DNA of 64,000 nt. Source: Eledone cirrhosa. Its lineage: Eukaryota. The stretch spans positions 13,268,001-13,332,000 of the forward strand of contig OZ024740.1 of the NCBI GenBank assembly GCA_964016885.1, read 5' to 3'. Below are positions 25,160-38,663 of this stretch, one piece after another (position 1 is the stretch's first letter; every line of letters starts with the position of its first letter). Below the pieces are notes generated by a model. It did not search any database. It saw only the letters and a list, made by a program, of their open reading frames with translations, and was not told where the DNA came from. The translations under genes and the position numbers were made by a program.

Positions 25160-27440
25160 TTTTCTCTTTCTCTTAATTTCGAGTATATTTTTTTGACCGG
25201 CCACCTTCCTGGTGGCAAGGTTGTAAAAGAAAAGAAATTGTCATCCCTTGAATCGCAAGAATGTTTTGCAAAGTTTGAAGGTGCCAGTTATCGCAGCCAT
25301 TTGTAGACTATGAATTAGGGAGCTGCGCTTTTTGTCCACAAATCCAAGTTCAGTCATACTTTGGTCCAAGCGGGTTGGTATATAACCCGTAGAACCAATA
25401 ATGATGGGTATGAAGCTAAAGGTGTATCTTGGATACTGGATTTGTAAACTCCTCATCAATGGTCCGTAGATGTCCTCCTTCTCCTGTATTTTTCTGACAA
25501 CGTTTACATCAAGTGGGCAGCTGATCGCCACAACAGAACACGTTTTCAATGTGTGGTCCCAAACTACAATATCAGGCCGGTTGTGCTTTAATTTGGTGGC
25601 AGTTTTTATTTTCAGGTTCCACCAGTATTCCTTAGTGCCATCTGTCTCAAGATATTCTTCCTCGTTTGTTGTTAATTTTGTTTTCCGAAGTGCGTTCCAG
25701 ATGGTTCTAGCTATCCCATCGTGTCTCATGGGGAGGTAGTAGCGAGATGACATTCTTTCGCAGCTGGCAACAATGTGGCTTACATCCTCGATCTTTGTTT
25801 TACATAGCCTACATTTATTGTCAGCTGCTGGCCCTCCTCTTTTGTGCAGCAGATATTTGGTAGGGAGTTCTTGTTCCTGTATTGCATAGAGATATCCCTC
25901 AAGGTGTGATGTCATAAACTTGTGGGAACTCCATGCCATGCTTTTTGAGTGGTTTATCCCCTCTATGGTCTGTGTTTTACGCCTCAAGTATCCATGCACA
26001 ACTTTTTCTGTAAATTGGTCAATTTTTTTATCTTGTTTGAACATTGAATAGGATCTTCCGATTTCTCTGGGTGAGAGATTTATATCAGGCTTTATTCCAT
26101 ATCTCTCCTCCAGATCAGTCGCTATTCTAATGATATTTCTTTTTTCATGCTCATAAACCTGGGCAAGATGGTTGCCAACCTTTTTCCTCTGTTGAAGGTG
26201 TTGCTTCAGTGTTACTATCCGGGTCTCATATGTTGTTAATATTGATTTTAGACCCCGGCCACCTTCCTTGCGTGAGAAGTATAGCTTATCCACATCACCA
26301 TTGATGTTAAAGTTCCCAGTAACACTGAGAAGTTTTCGAGTTCTAACATCCATCTCACTTAGTTCTTGCAATGACCAGTTCAGTAGGCCAAATGTTGGCG
26401 TTAGAATTGGCACAGCATAAGTATTGTGGGCAATGTATTTGTTGTATGCTGACAGTTCTGATGACCATATTTTCTTTACTCTTCTGAGGTATTCAGTTCT
26501 GGTTCTCTCCTTATTTATGGGTCCATCATATCTGACATTCTCATCCTGTTCAAGATATCTGTAGTTGTCACCTGACTGCAGAGGTTGTATTGTCAGGCCG
26601 TTCATCTCTAGATTTCTAGAGGAGGGCACAGCTCTTCCACGTTTTACTGCCAAATATGCACACTTGGACTCACCAAATTTCATTTTGATGTCGGTTGAAA
26701 ATTGTGTAATGAGGTCCAATTGTTTCGTGATGTCATTGATATTTGGCCCATACAACTTCAGGTCATCAACAAAGAAAAGATGGGAGATACTTCTGGGCCC
26801 ACTTCTTTGTCCACCTTGTTTCCTGAGTAGGTAAGATAGTGGATTCAGTGAGAGAACGAAGAGTAGCACTGACAAGCTATCACCCTGAAAGATGCCCTTC
26901 TGGTAATGTATCTTATCAGTCTTAACCTGCTTCTTCTCACCTCTAAGGATCAAATTGGTGTACCAGTTCTTGGTCAGGCGTTCAACAGCAGCTACCAATG
27001 GTTGTGGGACTTTAGCTAACTGTAAAGCCTTAATAATCCATCCATGTGGTACACTATCAAATGCTTTTTGATAGTCCAGCCACACGACAGTCATGTTTCT
27101 GCGATTCTTTGTTGTTTTTTCCTGAATCATTTTGTTAGTTAGTAGGTGATCTATGCAACCCCACACCTCCCTCTTTCCACCAGCTTGCTCAGGTGTTATG
27201 ATGTTGTTGGTAGCACAGTGATCCTGTAAGAACAGGTTAAGGCACCCAGTATATAATTTATACATGATGTTTTGGCAGGCAATTGGGCGGTAATTTTTAG
27301 CAAGGGTGGTTTGGCTATTTTGGGGAATGAGGAGAGTAATGGCAGTTGATAACCATCTGGGCAGTTCTTGTGTGCCCTTAATGGTTTCTGTAAACAGCCG
27401 TATGAGATCTTGCCGATAGAAAGTGAAATTCTTCAACCAG
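25160..27440 (-). mobile_element. 5'-truncated R4/Dong-type non-LTR retrotransposon flanked by (TATG)n
   Basis: Uninterrupted frame with RT ([37 protein letters not shown]), CCHC ([14 protein letters not shown]) and REL nuclease ([19 protein letters not shown]). Confidence 0.92.
25241..27440 (-). CDS. RT-CCHC-restriction-like endonuclease ORF (N-terminally truncated)
   Basis: ORF 25241..27547. Its first ~35 codons are only the flanking microsatellite. Confidence 0.85.
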
Positions 27441-27909
27441 TATGTATGTATGTATGTATGTATGTATGTATGTATGTATGTATGTATGTATGTATGTATG
27501 TATGCATCTATGTATGTATGCATGTATGTATGCATGTATGTATGCATGTATGTATATATATATATGTATATATTTCAAGGCACGACTACTTTCGAGTTGA
27601 AATTTCTTTATTATAACCTTCTCGTATATTTTCACAAGTCCTCTACATTTGAAACCATGTTTCCAGACCCGCACGGTTTTGTCATCAGGTGTGAATGTTG
27701 GCTTATATTTACAGAGCGTTCTGTTTACATGCCAACACAAGAGCAACAATTTCGGGATCCTTCTACTGACATGGTTTAAGAGGCTATTTGCATAATTGCA
27801 AACGAATCGAATATTATTGTTAATATTTTGAAAAACTCAGATTTACATTTCTTGTATTCAACCATGTAGAGCGATAAAACTAATTGTTAGTTATATATAT
27901 ATATATATA

Positions 27910-28200
27910 TCTATATAAAATTCTTTGTCTCTCTGTCTGTCTGTCTGTCTGTCTTTTCTGTATGCATTCCCAAGCGATTCTACCAAATCAAATCAAATTT
28001 TACAAGGTAGTATTAGACCCCGGGATCAACAACATATAAATATTTATTTCCATTTGGATTAAAACAATATAACATTTTATCTAAAATAATCTACTATAGA
28101 CGACTATGAGTAAACGGATGTTTTATAACACGACGATGTCACATTTTGTATATGAGTTTGTGTGCTTGCGCGTTCGTTCCATACGTTAGGCCTTAGTAAG
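27910..28200 (+). mobile_element. Possible non-autonomous Helitron remnant
   Basis: A|TCTATATAAAA start followed by (CTGT)n, typical of Helitron-derived repeats. The 3' hairpin/CTAG end is not clear. Confidence 0.3.
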
Positions 28201-29257
28201 TTACATACACACACATCTTCACGTAAATATTTAATCAGATACACAGAGAATTAAACACAGACACACATCTACACATACATATACATATACATATGTGATG
28301 ACTAACAAGTATATGTGTGTGTGTGTGCATGTGAGAGTGTATGTGTGTGCGAGTATATATACATTTCTGTGACGACTGACATAACGAAACGCTGGGGCTG
28401 AAACTCTGTGTGTGTTTGTATGAATGTATGTCTGCTCCATTCCCGCTTTTCTCCTCTCCTTTCCTCTTCTCTCTCTCTATAACCCTCCCATTTCTCATCT
28501 CATGCTTTAGACTTTCTTCCTTTCTCTGCCGGTCTTCGTTCAATATGTGGTTAAATCTTAACCCGATTATATACATATCATCAATTGCCTTGACTTGAAC
28601 GCAAACAAATCTTCACCAAACCAATGCTATCCACGAACTCAAGCCAAAACAATCAATAAAGTTACATTGAACTCCACTCACCAGACACATCTTGCACAAT
28701 ACATAGTCAAAGTCAATCATATCTTTCAAACACTCCCAGCAAAACAAGAGCCAACTTGCACCAATTTCTGGCTTGAGGGGCGTATGAACGTCACATTCAC
28801 TTAGAGGATAGGCTTCGGCGGTTTCCGTCCACCATATTTAATTCATAAGACATTGGTTAGTCGGAGACTATAGGAGAAAGTATTTTCTGAATGTGGCACG
28901 TAGTGAAAACGAAGCCGAAATCAGGTGATTTCGATTAAAATGAAGTGCAATATTTTCAAAACTAAATACCATCTAGCACTTTTACCCAGCTAACATGAAT
29001 CATAGAAAAACCGAGACAGATTCCTCAAGGAATTATCAGTGTTGATGTTTTATTAATGAAACACCGCCTTGTTCATCCATCACGGAATAAATTTTGAAGT
29101 AAAGAATTTAAACATTAACACTTATATATATTTGTTTCTCATCGAGTGGAGACGTAGTATTATTTTCTTTTGTATATTCTTTGAAGAAATGTGCATATAT
29201 GTATGTACTTCTGGCGTATATAAATATGTTTGCGACTCTGTATATGTATGTATGTAA

Positions 29258-29367
<110 letters not shown>

Positions 29368-29761
29368 GTGTCCCCAAAACATGTATACACACTAATGAAA
29401 GTGTGTATATATATTTGTATTTGTCGTTGTTGTGGTATAAATATAACATTCAGTCGCTTTCTTAACTTTTGTGTTTACTCTGGATGAAAATATATTGACC
29501 TTTTGCACCATCGAGTGCGTTGTGACTGCCTCAAACAATTTGATTGTTATCTGTTATACTGCGGCTACAACTTCGATTTATACCTATTATATTGATAAAC
29601 GCCAACCAGCATGAAACAGACTGTCAGCTTCTCTCCCTTCTTTCGCCGAAAAGAAGTAAGCGACATGGTCACCACCCTTGTTGTTACACGTTCTATCTCC
29701 AGTCTGTGTTGGCTGGCCATTGGTGTAAGAGAGAGTTCGTGCCTGCTGTCCTTATTTTACC

Positions 29762-30120
29762 TTAGTACCGTGCTGTGGGCTCATTTGGGATACTGGATAG
29801 CAAGGTGTCAAGATGTTTCTTGAAAACCTCCACGTCCACACCATGCAGATATCTCAGATCCCTCGGCAACTTGTTGAAGAGTTGAGGGCCCTTGAACCCC
29901 AGGCTATTGCAATATCTGCTCCTTATTCTAAATGTGGAAGACGAGACCTTTTGCACGACACAGTGACGTCCTATTCGGGGGTTTGTCCAGCTCCCAATGC
30001 CAAAGTTTGGTGCTAGTCCCTCCAGGATTTTCCATATGTATATCACTGCTTATCTCTCCCGTCTTCATTCTAAGCAGTAGAGTTTCAGTTCTTTTAACAT
30101 CTCCCAGTAGCTCATCATCA
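29762..30120 (-). mobile_element. 3' fragment of a CR1/L2-group LINE
   Basis: IYIWKILEGLAPN..GR.C..SLGFKGPQLFNKLP..FKKHLD.LL..IP.EP. Confidence 0.8.
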
Positions 30121-30150
30121 GCGTGGCAGTTTATTCATATATATATATAT

Positions 30151-30355
30151 GTGGAGGCACGTGGCATAGTGGTTAGGGTGTTGGACTTACGATAATAATG
30201 TTGTGGGTTCGATTCCTGGGTTGCGTGTTGTATTCCTGAGCAAAACACTTCATTTCACGTTTCTCCCATATACTCAGCTGAAAATGAGTACCAGCAATAG
30301 CTGGAGGTTTAACCCTGCAGTGGACTGGCGTCAGGGGGAAGTCTTGTTCTCTCAG
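30151..30355 (+). mobile_element. tRNA-derived SINE (second family)
   Basis: A box TGGCATAGTGG, B box GGTTCGATTCC, core TGTTGT.TTCCTGAGCAA.ACACTT.ATTTCA. Reverse copy at ~32750-32875. Confidence 0.75.
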
Positions 30356-30399
30356 TATATATATGCATAAATCAAGATGAACTCAGTTTGAAACTGGTT

Positions 30400-30563
30400 A
30401 GACCATCACTCAACAGAGTACTCGATACTTGTGGTAGTAGAGTATTGTTATATTATAAAGAGTTGGGACTCGACGGCTGGGCTCTTGCCTTTTCAACAGC
30501 TGGTTACAGAGTCTAGAACTATCTGTTGAAACGGCAAGAGCTCAGCCGCCGGATTCCCACTCT

Positions 30564-30572
<9 letters not shown>
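30400..30572 (-). mobile_element. Diverged palindrome-plus-tail element
   Basis: Hairpin 30450-30570 with GAAACGGC..GAGCTCAGCCG. Tail GAGTACTCGATACTT..GGTAGTAGAGT is shared with the 6851 family. Confidence 0.65.
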
Positions 30573-30603
<31 letters not shown>

Positions 30604-30608
<5 letters not shown>

Positions 30609-31360
30609 ACTAGAAATTGATTAACATATAAATAAACATGAATAATCACAGGAGATAATTTTTACAAGTGTGTAAGCACACATAGCTAGGTAGGTAACTA
30701 AATAAAGTTGACCAGAACTTCAAAAATAGATACCTTATAATATGATTAATCTTCCCTGTATATATTCCATTAAAGAAATATATTTCACCAATTAATCGAA
30801 TGGTAAACCACGGAAGCGGATACTTGGATTTTCAACATGGAAGAAGTTCCAGCGATCCGTGTTTACACTTCAAGTTCAAATCAGCGACTGGCCAGCAACA
30901 CGTGCTATATCTACTAGAAATACACACATCATACTAGCTTCGTCCCAGTGGCGTGAATAGGGTTATCGACAACTAGAACCAGCAGTCGAGTCCTTTCAAC
31001 AGAGTTAGCTCTACAATTAAGGAGCCGTATTTATATATCTATATCCAATATATTTCTTTAATGGAATATATACAGGGAAGATTAATCATATTATAAGGTA
31101 TCTATTTTTGAAGTTCTGGTCAACTTTATTTAGTTACCTACCTAGCTATGTGTGGTTACACACTTGTAAAAATTATCTCCTGTGATTATTCATGTTTATT
31201 TATATGTTAATCAATTTCTAGTTATTATAAAATGCTCGGACCTACTCGTTAGAATCTTAGAGCTTATTTTGCGGGTGATATGGCTCATGTCTTTCTGGTA
31301 TGCCACCCATAATTTTGATTTAGATTAAATTCATTTGATTTATCTTAATTTTGTATATTA
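30604..31360. mobile_element. Inverted-repeat non-coding element in (TA)n
   Basis: 30604-30784 is the reverse complement of 31046-31228, followed by a tail. Diverged relative at ~340-565. Confidence 0.75.
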
Positions 31361-31380
31361 TATATATATATATATATATA

Positions 31381-31583
31381 ACAAAGGAATTGTGGTAAGG
31401 AACCAGATGGACCATAACGCACCAGAGTACTCAATACTTAGGGTAGTAGAGTGGAAAATAGGAAAAAGTATGACCCCGACGGCAGAGCTCAAGCCGTTTC
31501 GACGGCCATTTCTGGACGTAATAGCCGTCTGGACGTAATACCGTCGAAACGGCTTGAGCTCTGACGTCGGGGTCATACTTTTT

Positions 31584-31586
<3 letters not shown>
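31381..31586 (-). mobile_element. Palindrome-plus-tail element retaining a complete stem-loop II
   Basis: Family of 6851-7040. The centre contains GACGGC..TCTGGACGTAATA GCCGTC plus a short duplication. Confidence 0.8.
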
Positions 31587-31679
<93 letters not shown>

Positions 31680-31681
<2 letters not shown>

Positions 31682-32136
31682 GGTTTGAGGTTCACCACTG
31701 GATAGAGCTGGTCAATTCCGTATGGTCAATCTCAATGTAATAATATGGAGAGTACTCAACGTAAAGCAGTTCAACCGTCTTTGTTTTTGTAGTTGGTGGT
31801 GCTATTACGGAGTTAAATATTATAATGAAATAACAGGAGGCTGGACTTGTGTAAATCCTTGAAAGGTTTATTATACTATGATCATTTCAATGACCGGGTT
31901 CCGTATGAACCACGTCACTTGAGGGCGACCGGCAAAGGTGAAAGATGCTGGATGGCGGTCGTCCTCAGGTCTTTGATTTTCAGCCCCATGGATTTTATCT
32001 ATTACATTCACTTATTATATTTCGAATACCTGATGATATCACCGGATTCATACGGAACCCGGTCATTGAAATGATCATAGTATAATAAACCTTTCAAGGA
32101 TTTACACAAGTCCAGTCTCCTGTCATTTCATTATAA
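31680..32136. mobile_element. Inverted-repeat PLE pseudo-LTR element
   Basis: Arms 31821-31909 and 32048-32136. Confidence 0.75.
32026..32083 (+). ncRNA. Type I hammerhead ribozyme
   Basis: ATAC-CTGATGA-..ACCGG.TTC..GAA.CCGGT..-GAAAT-GATC-ATA-GTAT, with palindromic loop III. Confidence 0.8.
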
Positions 32137-32569
32137 TTATATATATATATATATTCAATTAAAGAAATTTGGTTGATTGAAAATTTGCCGACTTTTTCTT
32201 AACAGATGTCAAGCACTCCACGATTTTTGTCCCTCCGGAGTTTTATTATAATAGACTAACAGTTCCTATATGCCCCACTAGGAATCAAGCGACCAATCTG
32301 GTAACTTGATACCGTAGCCAGTTCAGCAACTCCAATTGGAATATCTCCCGCACATATAACAACTACTACTTGAGAGTTACAGACATATGATTACTGGTCG
32401 GAGAAGGGAATAACACGTATGACCGGTAACATATCAATGGATCTTTAATATCTCGTTTGGATCTGAAAACAACACGTAGGACAGCTGTTATACAATTGTC
32501 GTCTTTGAAATACGTATAACAAAATAAATAGGGATGTACAAATGAAACCGTCTTTCTTGTTTATTATTA

Positions 32570-32712
32570 TACGGCTTTTGCCATTCTGAGTTTAAATCCC
32601 GCCGAGGTTAACTTTGCCTTTCATCCTTACGGGGCCGATAAAATAAAGTACCAGTAATACACTGGAACAATTGTTGGCCTTGTGCCAAAAGTAGAAACAT
32701 TATTATTATTGG
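32570..32712 (+). mobile_element. SINE (2898 family), 5'-truncated, with (ATT)n tail
   Basis: Matches 2940-3070. Confidence 0.8.
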
Positions 32713-32875
32713 TCTTTTCAATTGCTAATACTATCTATTGGTCGCAACTCCAGGTAGAAGGAGCAACATGAAATAAAGTGTCTTGCTCAAGGACATAACG
32801 CATCTCCCCGTCCAGGAATCGAACTGACAACCTCACGATTGCGAATCCATTTCTCTAACCAATCAGCCACACGAC

Positions 32876-32929
<54 letters not shown>

Positions 32930-33020
32930 TACCCCCCCCACACACACACACATACCCCCCACCCCACACACGCACACATACACACACACACACAAACATA
33001 TATATATATATATATATATA

Positions 33021-33326
<306 letters not shown>

Positions 33327-33617
33327 GTAACAAATAATAGTTATATCCAGTCCCCTTAGGTGTAGTCCAGTTATGGTATTCCGGGTAGTGGATGGTATCA
33401 ACGCTAGGCTTGGTTTGACTCAACAAGGCGTATTCATAGTGATGTTGCGAGTATGCCGTAATTCCTATGTTGTAAACACTTGGAGTAATAATAAATCAGG
33501 AAAGAAGATTGACACGGTTTGCAATACAAAAAAAGGTTTTTAATCTCATTGTTGACAATTGTTTCTCTGAACTGGTAGGTCTAGGGATCGTTATCCGCTA
33601 TAAGCTAATAGCTGATT

Positions 33618-33655
<38 letters not shown>

Positions 33656-34349
33656 TATACATATATATATACATATATATATATATGTGTGTGTGTATGT
33701 ATGTGTGTGTGTGTTTCCATGTGTTTACTATATTTACACAGCTGTGTTGACCTAGATATTCCCAACTAAATGGCACAATCCCAAATATACCTGTTAAATA
33801 AAAGAGGGAGGGGGCACCTTTTTAGTGCCCACAGACATATATATAGACATACATATATATAGACATACATACAGACACACATACATATAGACACACATAC
33901 ACATATAGACAGACACACACACACATACACACACATACATATAGACACATAAATATATGAAACGAATGAAACAGTTTTAGTCTTGTAGGGGCCGTTGCTA
34001 TATGACATAAATAACACACACACACACGTACACTCACTCACACACACACACACACGTACACTCACACACACGTACACTCACACACACACACACACACGCA
34101 CGTACACTCACTCACACACACACGTACACTCACTCACTCACTCACACACACACACACACACATATGTTTGTGTTTTAAATAGAAACAATAGAAAGAAGTG
34201 ACAGACACATACAAGACATACCCAAACACGCACACACACGCACACAAAAGCTTCCCTCTACGAACACACAGACACACTCATCCTATACACATGTGAACAT
34301 ATATATACACACAAACAGAAACTTACACACTCACTTCCATAGAAACAAT

Positions 34350-34916
34350 AATATCTAAACATAAATGTGACTCAACAGGTAGACAAATGAGAGAAGCAAC
34401 TGAAATAGAACTAAGAAAACCAAAGTTGAACAGAAAAATGATTGGAATAATAACAACAACAACCATACCCAAATACACAATACTGACCTAAGACAAATAT
34501 ACACAGGTACAATAGCAACAACCACACACAAGTGAACATAGATAGAATAAAAACACACAGAGACTCAGACACGAACACACACCAAACAGAAAACACACAC
34601 AAACGCATGCGCAAACAGAGACAAGAATAATTAAATAAATAAAAATTGAATAGACATTACAATACAACGGGAGGAAACAATAGTACCATTGATGATGTCA
34701 CAGGTGTGTGATGAAAGAACTTTGATAGACTATATATACATATTTATATCTGTATTTTTAACCGTTGGTCAATCAATGATAAACATTGATTGCCAGATAA
34801 ATTAACTATAGAGATATAAAATATACAGAATCGAAAACCAATCCAAACGAAAGAGTGAGTGTGTTTTATTATATATTTCTGGCAATATTATAATATGACC
34901 CTCCCCAAATATAACA

Positions 34917-34920
<4 letters not shown>
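34350..34920 (+). mobile_element. Old diverged PLE pseudo-LTR with degenerate hammerhead (~34686-34735)
   Basis: TTGATGA-TGTCACA..TGTGAT-GAAAGAACTTTGA, and TGACCCTCCCCAAATATAACAATAT as at 12103-12126. Confidence 0.6.
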
Positions 34921-34966
<46 letters not shown>

Positions 34967-35208
34967 TATTCTTTATTAACCACAAGGGTTCACATAAAGT
35001 AGACATTAAGGACAGTACAGGACAATACAGGACGGTACAAATGGGCATTTCTGCGTGTAAAAAAACAGAGGTTGAAATAAAATAACAAAGAAAAATTCCC
35101 CAATAGGGGGGAGACTTCCAAGGGACATTTGTGGAGAAAGCCCATTAAAAGACCACAGTGGCCCTGACCACCAGGGCAAGTGCCCTCTCCCAGTTTTCCA
35201 CCTTTAAT

Positions 35209-38200
35209 TTACAGACACATACTCAGAGAAGGTCCATTCATTCGGGCCATACTTGCTTCTCTCACCCATCTTTCAACAAAATGCTGGGAAGAGAGCACTT
35301 CCCTCTCTACCCTGATTTTCCTTTTCAAATGAAATTTGAAAAAGTTAATCAGGGCATCACCGAAGAGGTAAGTGCTCGTCTTCAGCCCTTTCAAACGTGT
35401 CCACCATACTATCTCTTTCGCCATGGCCACCAGACAGATAAAAACTGCCTGCCCTTCCCGGCTAAAGGAAGGAGGCGGGGCAATCCTCACGATGGACTCA
35501 GCTGATAGCTGGATCCGTCCAACACGTGACAGCAGGTGTTCGACATAAACCCACAAGTCAGCAATGCTCGGACACTGGACGAGTGCGTGCAGGACGGTTT
35601 CGTCGCCCTGCGCGCATCTCGGACATGCCCGGCTGACGGCACCTCCATGCCTGTAGAGTTTATCCCGAACTGACAAAGCTCCTCGGTAGCACTGCCAGGC
35701 CAGGGATTTCTGGAAGTTGTCCATAGGCCCCGGCCCGAAAGTCCTTCCGAAGAGATTGGCTAGTTGATTTTCGTCGACGCCTAGAGTTTCTCCAAGTACG
35801 TCGTCGCTCTTCCCCTCCACTAATCCCCTATAGAACGCCAAGGTGGAGTTTCCACCGATCACATTGCCCGATTGGTCGAGGGCTGTGAGCGCCTGAAGAC
35901 ATTCCAGTCTCCAAGCGCTCCCTCTCGGTCTTCGCTTGACCCAGGACTGCAGCTCCGTCAAGGAGACGAGCTGGGGAAAAACGTGTCTTGCAAACGGCGA
36001 CCACACCTGATCACCGTCGAGGAAGAGGTGGAGATGTCGTAGCCTGAGCGCGTGTCTGCGCATCATCAGCCACGGCATGCCCAGCCCTCCACGTAGCGGG
36101 TGTTGACAGCAGATGGACCGCCTGACCATCGGAGCGCGTCCCTTCCACAAGAAGCGAAAGAGCAAACGCTCCAGCGCAGTCAGGCGGGGCTTAGGACAAG
36201 GTATGACGGTCAGGCGGTAGTAGATGACGGATGCGATGTACGCATTCGCCACCTCCGCTCGACCTTTCAGGGATAGCTTCCTCTCGGCCCATTTCTGGGT
36301 GAGAGAAGCCACCCTGCTCGTCACCTCGTCCCAGTTTTTGTCCGTCTGGAGGTCTGGACCGAACCAGACCCCTAGCAATTTAACCGGTCCGTCCGTCCAG
36401 CGCCCGACGACGCTGTTGGACGGCATGGACCTGCCTCTCCAGGTGCCGAGCTGCAGGCCCACTGACTTTTCCTGGTTGATCATTGCTCCTGTCACCGCTT
36501 CGTATTCTCTTAGTGTAGTGCCGATCGCCTCGATGTGTTTGGCGTTCGACACCACTACGGTGACATCGTCGGCATATGCTGACACGGATCTTCCGCATCC
36601 TAGTTCGCGCGGGACCCCCCTCAACGTCTCCAGTTTGTGCAGTAATGGCTCGAGAGTCAATACGTACAATAGGGACGAGAGGGGACATCCTTGGCGGACC
36701 GAGCGCATGATGTTGAACGGTTCCGAAAGGTGACCGTTCACTCTCACTACAGAGCAGATGTTGCTGTGCATGGCAGCGATCCAGCCTCTGAAGACGGGCC
36801 CAAAGCCAGCCGCCCTCAGGACTGCCGTTAGGTAACGATGGTCGACCCTATCGAAGGCTTTCGACTGATCTAAATTGATCAAAGACCCACCCGTGCCAGG
36901 TTCCCTAGCTACCCTCTCTACGATGTATCGCATGAGGTGGAGGTTGTCGTGGATGGATCTGTCGGGAATGGCGCATGTCTGTGCCTCTCCCACCAGACCA
37001 CCAACGACAAGCGCCAACCTCTTTGCTAGCACCTTGGCCAAAATCTTGAACTCTGTGTTTAGCAGAGTTATGGGCCTAAAATTATCTATGTTATCCCCCT
37101 TGTTCGGATCCTTTCTCAGCAGCGCCACCGTTCCTCGGCTCACAGAGCTGGGAATTCTCCCGTTCTGTTGCCAGTTGCAGTAGACGTCCGCCAAGAGGCC
37201 TCCGAACAAGTTTGGCATTTGTACGTAAAGTTCATAGGGCAGACCATCCAAACCAGGCGATTTACCCCTTGTGCAACTAGTCATTGCATCCCGTACTTCA
37301 GCGGTTGTTATCGGCTTTTCGCAACACTCCGCCTCAGTGGCCGAAAGCCGCGGCAGTCCGTCGAGGTAGACACTAAAGTCCATCCCTCGATCCGGCCCGC
37401 CACTGCCCCCGAACAGTTGAGCGAAGTGTCGCTGAAAAGCTTCACACATTTTCCCGGGATCGAGTAGCATGCGCCCGTCGTGGTCCACCAAAGACCGGAT
37501 CGTGGCTTTGTTGCCACGACGCGCCTCCGCCACTCGGGCCCATTGAACGGCTTTCGTCCCCTCGTGTCTGAGAGCACGCACCCTAGCTCTGACAACGCAG
37601 CCTTCGTGCTTTGCATTGAAGAATTGGTCAAGGGCCAATTTCGCCGCAAGTACGTCGGTCGCGATGCCTTTGCTAAGCGCCTCATCTAATTTTCTAACTA
37701 ATTCTCCCTCTGCTCTATTTTTCTCTATTGCTAAAGTCTTGCTAAACCTAATGGACTCTATTCTAATTGCTCTTTTCAGAGCAAACCACCACTTGTTGTT
37801 AACGATGGCCCCCGTCAACGCCCGCTTAACTAGTTCGCTAATCCGGTCTCTGTAGGCCTTGCGCGCTGGTAAGGACGCGTTTAGCTTCCAGTAGCCGGGT
37901 CCTCGTCTATGAAGCCTATCTAAGTCAAGCACACAGATCACGAATTTGTGGTCCGTGTAGCTGACTATCTTGAATTGTGGACAGCCTATGCTAGACCTAT
38001 CTATTTCCCTACAAAATACTCTATCTAGATATGATCTGGATGACCCTATGCGATTTGTCCAAGTCCACATTGGTACATTCGGGAAATCCATTCGGTACCT
38101 GTCAGACAGTTCAAAACGTCTGAGCAGGTTGGTGAGACTCTTTCACCCTCCTTCCCTATCCACTAATCCCACACAATCCCAGCGTGCATCTAAGATCCCG

Positions 38201-38628
38201 TTCCAGTCGCCCACTAACACTAAAGAGCGGGACGTTCCAAGAAAGGTCTCCAGACGCCGGAAGAAATCAGGCCGCCCTGCTCCTGTCGGGGCATAGACGG
38301 CCACTAACCTGAAAGCTTGGCCGTCTCCGCTGGTCACGTCCAGCACCACCAACTTTCCTTCTGGGTCCAGGAAGATGGCCCGTATGGCAAGATCCAAACC
38401 TCTCCGAAAGAGCACAGCAACTCCTCCCCCCGATCCCGGACGGCTGGGACATGCGTACACATCGTAGCCGCCGAAGATCGGTGCGAAAGCCTGTGCTTCG
38501 GAGATTCTGGTCTCGCTGATGGCCACTACATCTATGTTTAGTGACCTGAGGTCGTTGAGCAGGTGGCCCTGCTTCCATGACGACCCCAAGCCACGCGCAT
38601 TTATGCTGCCTATTCTGAGTGAGGTCAT
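35209..38628 (-). CDS. ORF2: AP-endonuclease, reverse transcriptase and C-terminal zinc finger (one frameshift near 38140)
   Basis: SINARGL, SET, VAVYAP, GDWN, YLDR, TDH; GKSPGLDG, NFRPITLLN, LDQSKAFDRV, VRQGCPLS, YADD; CPRC..ETVLHALVQC. Confidence 0.92.
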
Positions 38629-38663
38629 GTTGAAAAGGAGTGGAAAAGATGGGAAAATCCTTT

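Noticed and set aside
27630-27695. Hammerhead on the minus strand (CTGATGA..GAAAC)
   Set aside because: The core is present but stem I does not pair. At best a decayed pseudo-LTR, so it is not listed as a ribozyme.
30151-30230. tRNA gene
   Set aside because: A and B boxes are present, but there is no cloverleaf and the sequence continues into a SINE core.
32190-32480. Host exon in unique-looking sequence
   Set aside because: Acceptor-like motifs exist on both strands, but all frames close quickly and no protein family is recognisable.
36224-38296. Plus-strand ORFs inside the Tx1 element
   Set aside because: Antisense shadows of GC-rich ORF2.
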